This document shows, one piece after another, positions 10,957 to 19,667 of a stretch of DNA of 64,000 nt; within the stretch, counting starts at the first letter, position 1, and each line of letters starts with the position of its first letter. Under the pieces are notes generated by a model that saw only the letters and a program-made list of their open reading frames with translations, was not told where the DNA came from and did not search any database. The DNA lies in the NCBI GenBank assembly GCA_002495675.1, contig DAGH01000025.1, positions 14,258 through 78,257 on the forward strand. Direction: 5' to 3'. Source of the DNA: Euryarchaeota archaeon UBA182. GTDB lineage: Archaea; Thermoplasmatota; Poseidoniia; Poseidoniales; Thalassarchaeaceae. A program made the translations under genes and the position numbers.

Positions 10957-12897
10957 ATGCGAAACCACTTCCTGCCCGCCTTGTCGATTACACTCCTCCT
11001 CCTCTCGTCTTTTGCATCCGGGTGCTTCGGCAGCGAGGAAGAAGGCTCTGAGATGGATGAATGGGTGTGGGTGGACCCTGTCGAGGAGATAGAGGACGAG
11101 AACCACTCCCACAGCGACCTCATGGCACACAGGCTCAAGACCCCCAATGCCGTAATGATCGACTACCACAATCTCAACTGCGATGGCGAGGTAACGCCCC
11201 CTGCTGATCTGGACAACGTTGCAGGTCGCCCCTGTTTTGACCAATTCAAGAACGTGGGTCCAACCCCAGGCGACAACTCGGAGATCGCGATAGAGGGCAA
11301 CTTCCTCGACGATTGCGAGATCTACGGGGACGGGTCAGGGGGGTGCTTCGCCTACGTCTCGTCATACAACCAATTCGAGATACTGGACATAAGCAAGCCG
11401 AATGAGATTCGCTTGCTATCAACCTACTACGCAGAAATAGCCCGAATCATCGACATCAAGGCAACGCAGGACAACAACTGGGTCCTCATCAACCACGAGT
11501 TGACAAACTCGGAGTTGGATCCTATACCAAACGACGACGATGCAAACAGCGGTGCGAACCGACTTGACCTGATCTACGTGGGTGACAAGACCAGCCCCAT
11601 TAAGGTGGCAGAGTGGGACAACCCCCCAGCAGGATTCCACAACCAAGACCTTCACGTCTACTGCGATTGGTCTCCCGCCAACCCAGTCTGGGCCCAAGAG
11701 GACTGCCACCTTTTCCTCTTTGGTGCAGACCCGTATCCAGAGATGGTGGAGGGCTCTAGCGGCACCTTCTACAAAGGCACTCAGGTGTTCTACGCACTCA
11801 TAGACTTCGAGGGGTTAAACCCATTCAACAATCAAGAGCAGCAAAACGCCAGTCGCGAAATCCTCAGATGGGGTGGATACACACCTGAGCCCGAAACCAC
11901 GTGCGGTGGGTCAATCTTCAACCATGACAACGTTTTCTTCATTCACCCCATAACCAAGCAGAAGATGCTCGCGATATCATACTGGGGCGCTGGCCTGAGG
12001 CTGGTGGACGTCTCGCAGCCACCACAGGTCGCCGATCCACTCGGGATCTCATGGCCACCGGAAACAGGGAGATGGCTTGGATGCGCCACCGACGACTCAG
12101 GGTGGTATGGCCCCGATGGAGGGGGACATGCGAACATGGAGCCCGAAGTATGGTTGGATGCAGAGCAAGGCAACGACAACATTCACTATGCCGTGCCCAA
12201 CGACTACCTCGTATGCAGCGGCATAAGCCAACTCGACCCAATGGACGAGTGGCCCAGCCAGTGCGGGACAGGGCCTGACGATTCTACACATGGCGTCAAT
12301 TGGCGACACTACACCTACATCGCCCCGGAATACGGAACCAACGCGAACCACACCGGCTTCATATGGACCATAGACACGACAGATCCCGCCAAGCCCTTCC
12401 TGGTCTCAAAATGGAAGCTCCCGGGTACCAGCATCAAGGACGGGGAGGAGCACCCCCACCACTACATCCCTGGGGGATACATCTACAGCCCACACAACGG
12501 CGACACTGCAGCCAATGGGATGGTCTACTGGACCCACTACCACGCAGGGATATGGGCAACGGACCACGGGAAAATATGGGATGAGATCGAGTGGAAGAAC
12601 GGAGTACCGGCGCCTGAACTTGGGTTCCAGGGTATCGAGAGTCTCGCCCCCACGCACACAATTGGATACTACCTTCCAGCCGGACCAGAGTGGTCAGACA
12701 ACGCCTCAGCAGACATGGGCTACGACATGGCAGACTGCTGGGCGTCTTGCATGATTCCTTTCGACTGGGGGCTCCAGTTCGACCCAAGAGGATTCGTCTT
12801 CATCTCAGAGATGGTCAGTGGGGTCTACGTTGTTCAGTTCGACGAGGACTACGACCCTAGGTTCGACTACCCCCCGCTATGGGAAGATGACTTGTGA
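10957..12897 (+). CDS. secreted LVIVD-repeat beta-propeller lipoprotein (paralog of preceding gene)
   Basis: Lipobox-like LSSFASGCFGS. LVIVD-like blocks FEILDISKPNEI, GLRLVDVSQPPQ, GVYVVQFDED. Shares many identical stretches with the 9157-10896 protein (e.g. HYIPGG, YHAG[LI]W). Confidence 0.65.
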   Translation: MRNHFLPALSITLLLLSSFASGCFGSEEEGSEMDEWVWVDPVEEIEDENHSHSDLMAHRLKTPNAVMIDYHNLNCDGEVTPPADLDNVAGRPCFDQFKNVGPTPGDNSEIAIEGNFLDDCEIYGDGSGGCFAYVSSYNQFEILDISKPNEIRLLSTYYAEIARIIDIKATQDNNWVLINHELTNSELDPIPNDDDANSGANRLDLIYVGDKTSPIKVAEWDNPPAGFHNQDLHVYCDWSPANPVWAQEDCHLFLFGADPYPEMVEGSSGTFYKGTQVFYALIDFEGLNPFNNQEQQNASREILRWGGYTPEPETTCGGSIFNHDNVFFIHPITKQKMLAISYWGAGLRLVDVSQPPQVADPLGISWPPETGRWLGCATDDSGWYGPDGGGHANMEPEVWLDAEQGNDNIHYAVPNDYLVCSGISQLDPMDEWPSQCGTGPDDSTHGVNWRHYTYIAPEYGTNANHTGFIWTIDTTDPAKPFLVSKWKLPGTSIKDGEEHPHHYIPGGYIYSPHNGDTAANGMVYWTHYHAGIWATDHGKIWDEIEWKNGVPAPELGFQGIESLAPTHTIGYYLPAGPEWSDNASADMGYDMADCWASCMIPFDWGLQFDPRGFVFISEMVSGVYVVQFDEDYDPRFDYPPLWEDDL

Positions 12898-13731
12898 GTG
12901 CTGAGAATGTCTCGTATCGTCGCGATCCTAATGATCCTGGCCATATCAGGCCAAGTCGCCGCACACGGTGCGAACAGCTACGCCATAATCGTCAGAAACG
13001 AGAGCGTGATGCCAGAGTCGGCGGATTTGATCGTAAATGACACCCTCGTGCTCTACAACACGGCAGCATGGGAGAGGACCGCTGGGATCGACCTAGATGG
13101 AGATGGGTCATTCGAACACTCTTGCACGATGAGCGCGAGGAACACGACATCGAACGAAGACGAATGCCAGTTCCCCTTCTGGTCAAACCAGTCATGGGTG
13201 GCAGGCGACTATGTGGTCGAGGTTCATCAGAACGGTTCGTTTTGGAAGGAAATATCGGTCGAACTCCTGCCTGACAACCACAGCGAGCCCGCAGCCTCAG
13301 GGCCGTACGTCCTGCTCCCTGACTTCGACCCCATGGCTGAAAACATGGCCATGATCGGGGAGGATGGGGCTTCATTCAGCAAGTCCAAGATCAGGTTGCC
13401 ACCTGGCGGGAACGCCTACCTCTACACATCCAATGCGGGGAATTTCACCATTCTCTCCGAGAATGGCGAGTCCCTCTGCGACATATCCGGCCCCGCAGGC
13501 TCGGGATGCAAGATATGGTTTCGAGCCAGTGAATGGAGCATTGGCGAGCATGAGTTGAGAATCTCCCAACCAGACGAAAGCCGGTCACAATCCCTAATCA
13601 TCAGTATTCAGACTAGTGGGGACGAGGGTACGCGTGCGGGAATGGTTCAAATGATCTCGGCGGCGGGGGTTGCATTGTGCCTACTCTCATTCGCCTTGCT
13701 GCGTTCTCGAAGATCGCTAGGAAAAGAATGA
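12898..13731 (+). CDS. hypothetical secreted protein with C-terminal TM anchor
   Basis: GTG/ATG start directly after the preceding stop. N-terminal signal (IVAILMILAISGQVAAHG), a soluble domain with several Cys (CQFPFW, CDISGPAGSGCKIW), and a C-terminal hydrophobic segment followed by RSRRS. No assignable family. Confidence 0.5.
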   Translation: MLRMSRIVAILMILAISGQVAAHGANSYAIIVRNESVMPESADLIVNDTLVLYNTAAWERTAGIDLDGDGSFEHSCTMSARNTTSNEDECQFPFWSNQSWVAGDYVVEVHQNGSFWKEISVELLPDNHSEPAASGPYVLLPDFDPMAENMAMIGEDGASFSKSKIRLPPGGNAYLYTSNAGNFTILSENGESLCDISGPAGSGCKIWFRASEWSIGEHELRISQPDESRSQSLIISIQTSGDEGTRAGMVQMISAAGVALCLLSFALLRSRRSLGKE

Positions 13732-14444
13732 TTTCCTTGGCGTTGGTTTCGACCTTGCTGGCAGCGGGATGTCTGGGATCAGACGGAGAACCCGACATCT
13801 TCTACGGTGAGGACATAAATCCCCCGAGGCCCACCGAAGACTTCGTTCTCTTCGACCAAAACGGGGACCCAGTTGCGTTCAACGACTATCTCGGCGACGT
13901 CGTCGTGGTTGCCTTCCTCTTTACAAGGTGCCCTGACGTCTGCCCACAAGTCAGTGCAAACATGGCATGGATAGGGGAAGCGTTGGGAGAAGACCTCGGA
14001 AAGGAGGTGCATCTCCTTTCAATCACGGTCGACCCATGGTACGATAATTCCAGCGTCCTGTGGAACTATGCATACGACAGGGGCCTTGAATGGCCCCACC
14101 TCTCTTCTGAACTGGAAATCATGGAACCTGTCTGGAGATCATTCGAGGTGGGACTTGAGACGTATGCAAATGACTCGGATGGAGATGGGACTGTCGATGG
14201 CTTCGACCTGTGCCCGGACACCCCCGAGGGCGAGCAGACTGACGCCGATGGGTGTGGCGTTGAGACCCAGCAGCCAGAGGATGAGGTCCAAACCATGCAC
14301 CACCCCCTCTACTACATCGATCACACCACTGGCACCATAATTGTGGACAGGCAAGGCTACCAACGAGTGTACTGGGGAGATTTCGTCTGGAATGCGGACA
14401 TGGTCTTGGATGACATCCGGCAACTCATGGAGGAAAACCCTTGA
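13728..14444 (+). CDS. SCO1/SenC-family copper chaperone lipoprotein
   Basis: ATGA overlap with upstream stop. Lipobox LLAAGC. Thioredoxin-like CPDVCP (the SCO1 CxxxC copper site, FTRCPDVCPQ) plus a downstream His. Carries an Asp-rich insert DSDGDGTVDGFDLCPDTPEGEQTDADGCG. Confidence 0.75.
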   Translation: MISLALVSTLLAAGCLGSDGEPDIFYGEDINPPRPTEDFVLFDQNGDPVAFNDYLGDVVVVAFLFTRCPDVCPQVSANMAWIGEALGEDLGKEVHLLSITVDPWYDNSSVLWNYAYDRGLEWPHLSSELEIMEPVWRSFEVGLETYANDSDGDGTVDGFDLCPDTPEGEQTDADGCGVETQQPEDEVQTMHHPLYYIDHTTGTIIVDRQGYQRVYWGDFVWNADMVLDDIRQLMEENP

Positions 14445-15541
14445 CGGCAAGGACGTTGATCCTTACAGCGATCCTCCTTTCAGCCCCCTTGGCTGGATGC
14501 CTCGAAACAGTCGGTGACGGGGGCTTCAATGGTATCGAATACCGGAATCCGTCTGAGGCGCCAGACTTTACTCTGTTGGATCAAAATGGCCAGAACGTCT
14601 CCCTATCAGACTACGATGGGAAGGTCGTGATCCTGGCGTTCATCTACACATCCTGCCCTGACGTGTGTCTGATAATCTCCTCGAACCTCCAATGGGCAAA
14701 GATGAACCTGCCCGAGGACATGGCCAGTGAGGTAGCATTCCTGTCGGTGACAATCGATCCGGCCAAGGATACCGTTGATCGGCTATCCCGCTGGACAGAG
14801 GCAACTGGGTACGATTGGCCCCACCTGACATCAAACGACATAGACGAGCTTGTTGGCGTGTGGTCGGACTGGAACGTCGTTGTCGACAATGACCACATAA
14901 ACGCCAGCACGCCACCAGATGACACCTCGAACAGAATCGTTGTGATGGGGGCTGATGGCTCAACGACATCTTTCGACACGCCATGGGGTGAAGTCGAGTT
15001 CCAGCCCAATGCAAAAGGAATGGCGGAAGTGGCGTTCGAGAGAGAGAATCTTACTTTTGACTATGAAAATGGGACGATCATTGAATGGACTGAGAACGAG
15101 AGCCTCAGTTGGTCCACGGCGGTCTGGGACTCAATCTCCTGGGCGTGGATAGGCACGAACTCCTCATTGGATAACATTCCGGTGACCCCTGACACTCACT
15201 TAGCATTCGTGCCCAATGATGCGAACCTCAGTCTGCTTCCCCCTGGAGTGGATTGCAACGGACATGGCTGGGTCATGGGGAAGGGGAGCGGGGCGCACTG
15301 CATGTGCGACGAGGGATGGAAGCGGCCCAGTGGCGATTGGTTGAGCTGCGTATCAGAAGGTGGCGAAGATGATACGAATGGGACTGACCCCCATGAGGAG
15401 TCCCTTGGCGAATACCAGGTTGGGCACACGACTGCCACATTCATCATTGACAAGGACGGTGACAAGCGGGTAGCATGGGGTGGCGTGACCTGGGATCCAG
15501 GCCTCTTCCTGATGGACATCGAGAAGCTCGTTGAAGAGTGA
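14441..15541 (+). CDS. SCO1/SenC-family copper chaperone lipoprotein, paralog with large insertion
   Basis: TTG start overlapping upstream TGA. Lipobox PLAGC. YTSCPDVCLIIS (SCO1 CxxxC). Otherwise collinear with the preceding gene, with a ~130-aa insertion. Confidence 0.7.
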   Translation: MTARTLILTAILLSAPLAGCLETVGDGGFNGIEYRNPSEAPDFTLLDQNGQNVSLSDYDGKVVILAFIYTSCPDVCLIISSNLQWAKMNLPEDMASEVAFLSVTIDPAKDTVDRLSRWTEATGYDWPHLTSNDIDELVGVWSDWNVVVDNDHINASTPPDDTSNRIVVMGADGSTTSFDTPWGEVEFQPNAKGMAEVAFERENLTFDYENGTIIEWTENESLSWSTAVWDSISWAWIGTNSSLDNIPVTPDTHLAFVPNDANLSLLPPGVDCNGHGWVMGKGSGAHCMCDEGWKRPSGDWLSCVSEGGEDDTNGTDPHEESLGEYQVGHTTATFIIDKDGDKRVAWGGVTWDPGLFLMDIEKLVEE

Positions 15542-15581
15542 TCATCTACGATATCGAAGCCCATAGCATCGATGAGATAAA

Positions 15582-17615
15582 ATGTCCTTGATCAGGTCCT
15601 ACGACATGGGACAGAGGACACAGAGCCTGACACTTGCAGGAATAATGTTCCTCAGCGTGCTCGCTGGCATGCTTATGTTTGATCTGGACAGCACCACAGA
15701 GGAGCCTCCAAACATCAAGCCCTCGATAGCGGGGGACTCGGGCAAGACGTTTCAAGCCGGCCAGGAGTCACGTGTGATGCTCCTCGTCTCTGACGAGAAT
15801 CTCGAGAGCGTCGCATTGGAGATTCTGATCGACGGGGCTAGAACCGAGGGCTACACTTTGACTCAAAGTGGTGAGGTATGGATTGAAATCCCGCCTGACA
15901 AAAGGGGCGTGGTCCTGATTGAGGCGTCAGTCATCGACGATGAGGGGCTGTCGGATGATTGGGCCGGGACGTTCACAGTTTCAGCTGCGAGCCCAGTGCT
16001 GGTCATTGGCGATCCCATTCCAGCCGAGGAGGGAGAAAAACTGGTCTTCGGCGGGACGATTTTCTTCGAAGAGATATCCACTTGCACCGCAAGGTGGGAG
16101 GAACTAGGGGGGAGCGGGGGGTCATTGCCGATCGAGCTGTTTGATGATGGGAGGTTCATTCATGAGATTGATGGAGAGGTTGGGACTGTGACCATCCGTG
16201 TCATCGCAAACTGCGGATCCGATACAACACAAACAGAATTCCTCGCCACCTGGCTCGAAGGCGACAATGCGGGGTGCACCGACCCAGCGGCCTCCAACTA
16301 TGACTCCTCATCCCAGACCGATGATGGAAGTTGCGAATACACGTCGGACAACGACGGGGATGGAACCAATGATGACCAGGACCTCTGTGAGGGGCATGAC
16401 GACTCTGCCGATGCAGATGGCGATGGAATTCCTGACGGATGCGACGACGCGTCATCAAAATACAACTCATCAGACATGCTGGAGTTCTGGATGGACAAGT
16501 TCCTATGTCAAAATAACTCTGGTCTAGAAGTCGATGACTACAACACTACAGGACACGATGCCCATGTGTGCTCTGTGGGTCTTAGGTCGGAGGACGGGAA
16601 CATTACGATCACCATGAATGGCCTCCCGAACCATGACTTCGAATCTGGACCAGGTTGCTGCGCCTCCCCGCAAAGCCACGTCATCACGATACCCCGCGCC
16701 CCGGCGAATGACACGCAGGGGGGACATGATCCTGCCAATTGCCCAGAGGCTGCTGGGTCCTACCAGTGTGCTGCTGACAGAGGCAACATAGCATTCGCGA
16801 TTAACGGGGTCCCCATCTTTGGACCCGAGGATGGCCCCGGAGGGGATGCTGTCGCAAGTCAACACGGGGCCTACGAAGAGGACAGGCAGGAGATCTGGCT
16901 CGGGTTGTGTCACGGCCACTCGGGTCCCGGTGGGACGTACCACTACCACGCCGATGCGAATTGCGTCCATTGGCACGATGAGGCCCAAAACGAGGGGTGG
17001 AGAAACTACTCCTTCCCACCAGACCAATCAGGGGAGCCTTCCCCTGTGATCGGAGTGGCTCTCGACGGCTATCCGATCTATGGCGCCTATGGATTGGACT
17101 CATCGGGCGTGGTGGCGGAAATGAAATCGTCCTACAGGCTAAAGGAGGGTCAGACAGGATACAACGGAATTGACGATTACGAATATGTGGAGGGGTTGGG
17201 CGACCTGGATGTATGCAACGGGCATTTCGGCCCTACCCCAGACTTCCCGGAGGGCATATACCACTATCACTCAACAATGAAGAACGGGGATGGAGAAATG
17301 GGGTTCCCATACTTCTTGATTTGCTACCACGGACTTGTTCCGGAAGGCGACTCTGACCCATGCGATGGCTATGGAGAGACATGGGGGCCCGGCGTGGGCC
17401 CTCCTCCCGAGGGTTGCGATCCCGGGCCTCCCCAAGGCCAAGAGAGTCTATCGACAATCGGACTACTGGGCCCGTTGAAGCCTCCGATCATCGGGTTGAT
17501 CGGTCTCCTCTGGTTGTTGATCCGGCCATCGAATCTCTTCAGAGGATGGGCATCTTGGATAGGACCATCAGGTCGGGCTGATACAACTCGCGTATGTCGT
17601 CCAACCCAAGGATGA
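15582..17615 (+). CDS. YHYH-domain surface protein with Asp-rich (TSP3-like) region and C-terminal TM anchor
   Basis: 677 aa. N-terminal TM/signal. Central DNDGDGTNDDQDLCEGHDDSADADGDGIPDGCDD calcium-binding-like repeats. Two YHYH motifs (GGTYHYHADANCVHWH and GIYHYHSTMKNG). C-terminal hydrophobic helix IIGLIGLLWLLIRPS. The last ~75 nt overlap convergent pheS. Confidence 0.6.
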   Translation: MSLIRSYDMGQRTQSLTLAGIMFLSVLAGMLMFDLDSTTEEPPNIKPSIAGDSGKTFQAGQESRVMLLVSDENLESVALEILIDGARTEGYTLTQSGEVWIEIPPDKRGVVLIEASVIDDEGLSDDWAGTFTVSAASPVLVIGDPIPAEEGEKLVFGGTIFFEEISTCTARWEELGGSGGSLPIELFDDGRFIHEIDGEVGTVTIRVIANCGSDTTQTEFLATWLEGDNAGCTDPAASNYDSSSQTDDGSCEYTSDNDGDGTNDDQDLCEGHDDSADADGDGIPDGCDDASSKYNSSDMLEFWMDKFLCQNNSGLEVDDYNTTGHDAHVCSVGLRSEDGNITITMNGLPNHDFESGPGCCASPQSHVITIPRAPANDTQGGHDPANCPEAAGSYQCAADRGNIAFAINGVPIFGPEDGPGGDAVASQHGAYEEDRQEIWLGLCHGHSGPGGTYHYHADANCVHWHDEAQNEGWRNYSFPPDQSGEPSPVIGVALDGYPIYGAYGLDSSGVVAEMKSSYRLKEGQTGYNGIDDYEYVEGLGDLDVCNGHFGPTPDFPEGIYHYHSTMKNGDGEMGFPYFLICYHGLVPEGDSDPCDGYGETWGPGVGPPPEGCDPGPPQGQESLSTIGLLGPLKPPIIGLIGLLWLLIRPSNLFRGWASWIGPSGRADTTRVCRPTQG

Positions 17616-19029
17616 GCATTGCCAGACGCTCCAAGCCCATCCCCCATGCGCAGACTGGCCAGTCAGTACCCAGGGGTTGTGTCACCTCCGGCCTGAATAT
17701 TCCAGCTCCCCCAAGCTCCAACCACTTCCCCCTCCAGAGGATCTCAACCTCGATGCTCGGCTCAGTATACGGAAAATATGCTGGTCTGACTCTGACGTCG
17801 GAGTACCCCATCTTCGAATAGAAGGTTCTCAGCGTCGTGATCAACATTGGTAAACTCGCCGATTCTTCATGTATGATCCCCTCGATCTGGTGGAATTCTG
17901 GAAGGTGGGTCCGGTCTATCGTCTCTTGTCTGAAGACTCTGCCTACTCCGAAGACCCTGCTTGGAGAAGATGGATTTTCGGCAATGTGTCTAACGGTGTT
18001 CACAGTCGTGTGGGTGCGTAGTAGTCCCCTTCTAGACTCATCCTTGTCAAAGTTGCCGCCCCACCCTGATGAGGTCGTTCCCATCCCTCGTTCGTGGGTC
18101 CCTTCCCATTGTTCCAATCGACTTGACTCGATTTCCATCTTTGCTGGATCTTCGAGATAAAATGTATCCTGCATCGTACGAGCGGGGTGATCCTGTGGTA
18201 TGAAGAGGGCGTCCATGTTCCAGCCAGCAGATTGGACGAAGTTCCCGGATATCTCCGAGAAGCCCATCTCCAGAAACACTGCCCGGATCCTATCTATGAG
18301 TGACTGGAGGGGATGTGGCCTCCCACCCAATGGAATCGGTGCTGGTGCGTGGATGTCGAAAGGCTTGAACTCCTTGGTCCTCCAGGCGTCCCCTTGGAGT
18401 AGATCTGGAGTTATTTCGTTGATCTGATCTATTTCGATCAACTCTTCCGCCCCCAAAGACAGGCCCTTTTCCGTCGCACTCCAAGATCTGGACACGGACC
18501 GCTCCAATTCGATGAGGCCCCTCCTCTTGGCGAAGTGACTGGTCAAGCGCTCGTCCAACTCGTTGGCGGGGATCGGTGAATCCGAGAGGGCCATGATGAA
18601 GGCCGTCCTACGTTCCGCCTCGCTCAAGGCTCCTTGCATGTCAGGGGCCTCCAGTCTACCTCCAACTATCCTGACACCCATTGATCGAAGGATGCCGACA
18701 CCCGCGCCAGCCTCAGTCTTATCGAAATCCTCTGATATGGCCGCCATGGAACGATTTTGGGGATCTCTCGATTGTAGCCACTCCAACATCCTCATTTCAA
18801 GCAGACCATCACGAGCGGCCTTATGCCCCTCGACACCCAACTTGACCAATACCGACTCTTCCTCCGAGAGGCTTGCAAGCCCTCGATCGGTGAGTCCCAT
18901 AGCCGCTCCGACGACATGAGCCTGATCAGTCCAGCCTGTCTCCTCGGAAAGGGAAGACACCCCCAAGGGGATGGTTGAGTCCCTGAGTATCGCCATGATG
19001 CGCTTCTCACGGTTATCCAGCGCTTTCAT
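17539..19029 (-). CDS. pheS: phenylalanyl-tRNA synthetase alpha subunit (archaeal/eukaryotic type)
   Basis: FIPQDHPARTMQDTFYL, GWGGNFDKDESRRGLLRTHTTVNTVRH, and class-II motif 3 region GIFRPEV...WGMGLERLAM. The ORF extends to 19218; internal ATG at 19029 (MKALDNREKRIMAIL...) was chosen to avoid overlap with the upstream small ORF. Confidence 0.85.
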   Translation of the reverse strand: MKALDNREKRIMAILRDSTIPLGVSSLSEETGWTDQAHVVGAAMGLTDRGLASLSEEESVLVKLGVEGHKAARDGLLEMRMLEWLQSRDPQNRSMAAISEDFDKTEAGAGVGILRSMGVRIVGGRLEAPDMQGALSEAERRTAFIMALSDSPIPANELDERLTSHFAKRRGLIELERSVSRSWSATEKGLSLGAEELIEIDQINEITPDLLQGDAWRTKEFKPFDIHAPAPIPLGGRPHPLQSLIDRIRAVFLEMGFSEISGNFVQSAGWNMDALFIPQDHPARTMQDTFYLEDPAKMEIESSRLEQWEGTHERGMGTTSSGWGGNFDKDESRRGLLRTHTTVNTVRHIAENPSSPSRVFGVGRVFRQETIDRTHLPEFHQIEGIIHEESASLPMLITTLRTFYSKMGYSDVRVRPAYFPYTEPSIEVEILWRGKWLELGGAGIFRPEVTQPLGTDWPVCAWGMGLERLAMLILGLDDIRELYQPDLMVLSKMPIL

Positions 19030-19075
19030 AGCCAGCCTGAGGGCGTATTCTCTCTTGACGATTGCTGGTTGTGAC

Positions 19076-19468
19076 CTACTCTTCCTCTTGTTTCCACAAA
19101 TCCATGGCGCATGCTGGGCACCTGAATGCCCTTGGCTTGCCGCCATCAACCCACTCAAGGTTCCCACAGGCCCCACAGAGAATCGATGTTCTGATGGGAT
19201 CGTCCAAGGTGGTGTCAACCCTGAACATCACCCTCCCTGCCTCAGGGAGAGTTTCAGGACTCGGTGCCCAATTTGGATCCGCATTGCGTTCCGTTTGGGA
19301 TCTCCCCCTCGATAGTGCCATCAAGAGTAGGGGAAACCCAGCGATCAACAGTGGGCTGCCAACCAACAACCCCATTGGATCAGGGAGTGTGAAAACTAAT
19401 CCGGTCCCTAGGAGTGTGCAACTCCAACCCGCAATTAGGAGGTTCCAACCGATCGAGTCGTTGGCCAT
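19076..19468 (-). CDS. small membrane protein with C-terminal zinc ribbon (hypothetical)
   Basis: 130 aa from ATG 19468: two hydrophobic helices (WNLLIAGWSCTLLGTGLVF, LLVGSPLLIAGFPLLLMAL), then CGACGNLEWVDGGKPRAFRCPAC (CxxC-x15-CxxC). The longer ORF to 19636 is antisense to tRNA-Thr and was trimmed. Confidence 0.35.
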   Translation of the reverse strand: MANDSIGWNLLIAGWSCTLLGTGLVFTLPDPMGLLVGSPLLIAGFPLLLMALSRGRSQTERNADPNWAPSPETLPEAGRVMFRVDTTLDDPIRTSILCGACGNLEWVDGGKPRAFRCPACAMDLWKQEEE

Positions 19469-19554
19469 GTCCGAGCGTGAGGGCCCCTCGCTACAAGATC
19501 TCCTAACGAATTCATCAGGAGGCTTCAAGGACTGGAGACCAGAGCGAAGGGTAC

Positions 19555-19627
19555 GCCTCAGTAGCTCAGCTGGTAGAGCACTGGATTTGTAATCCAGCGG
19601 TCGGGGGTTCGATTCCCTCCTGGGGCT
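19555..19627 (+). tRNA. tRNA-Thr (anticodon UGU), no encoded CCA
   Basis: GCCTCAGTAGCTCAGCTGGTAGAGCACTGGATTTGTAATCCAGCGGTCGGGGGTTCGATTCCCTCCTGGGGCT: 7-bp acceptor stem with one G-U pair, anticodon loop UUUGUAA, TPsiC loop TTCGATT, discriminator U. Confidence 0.8.
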
Positions 19628-19667
19628 CAGTGACAACAGTCAAGCATCGAAGCCCGCACGACGTCAC

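Noticed and set aside
19469-19636. N-terminal part of the 186-aa minus ORF (and the plus ORF 19062-19592) overlapping tRNA-Thr
   Set aside because: The translation (…ESNPRPLDY…) is the typical product of reading a tRNA gene antisense. The tRNA-Thr cloverleaf at 19555-19627 explains the sequence. Only the tRNA-free part (19076-19468) was kept as a low-confidence CDS.
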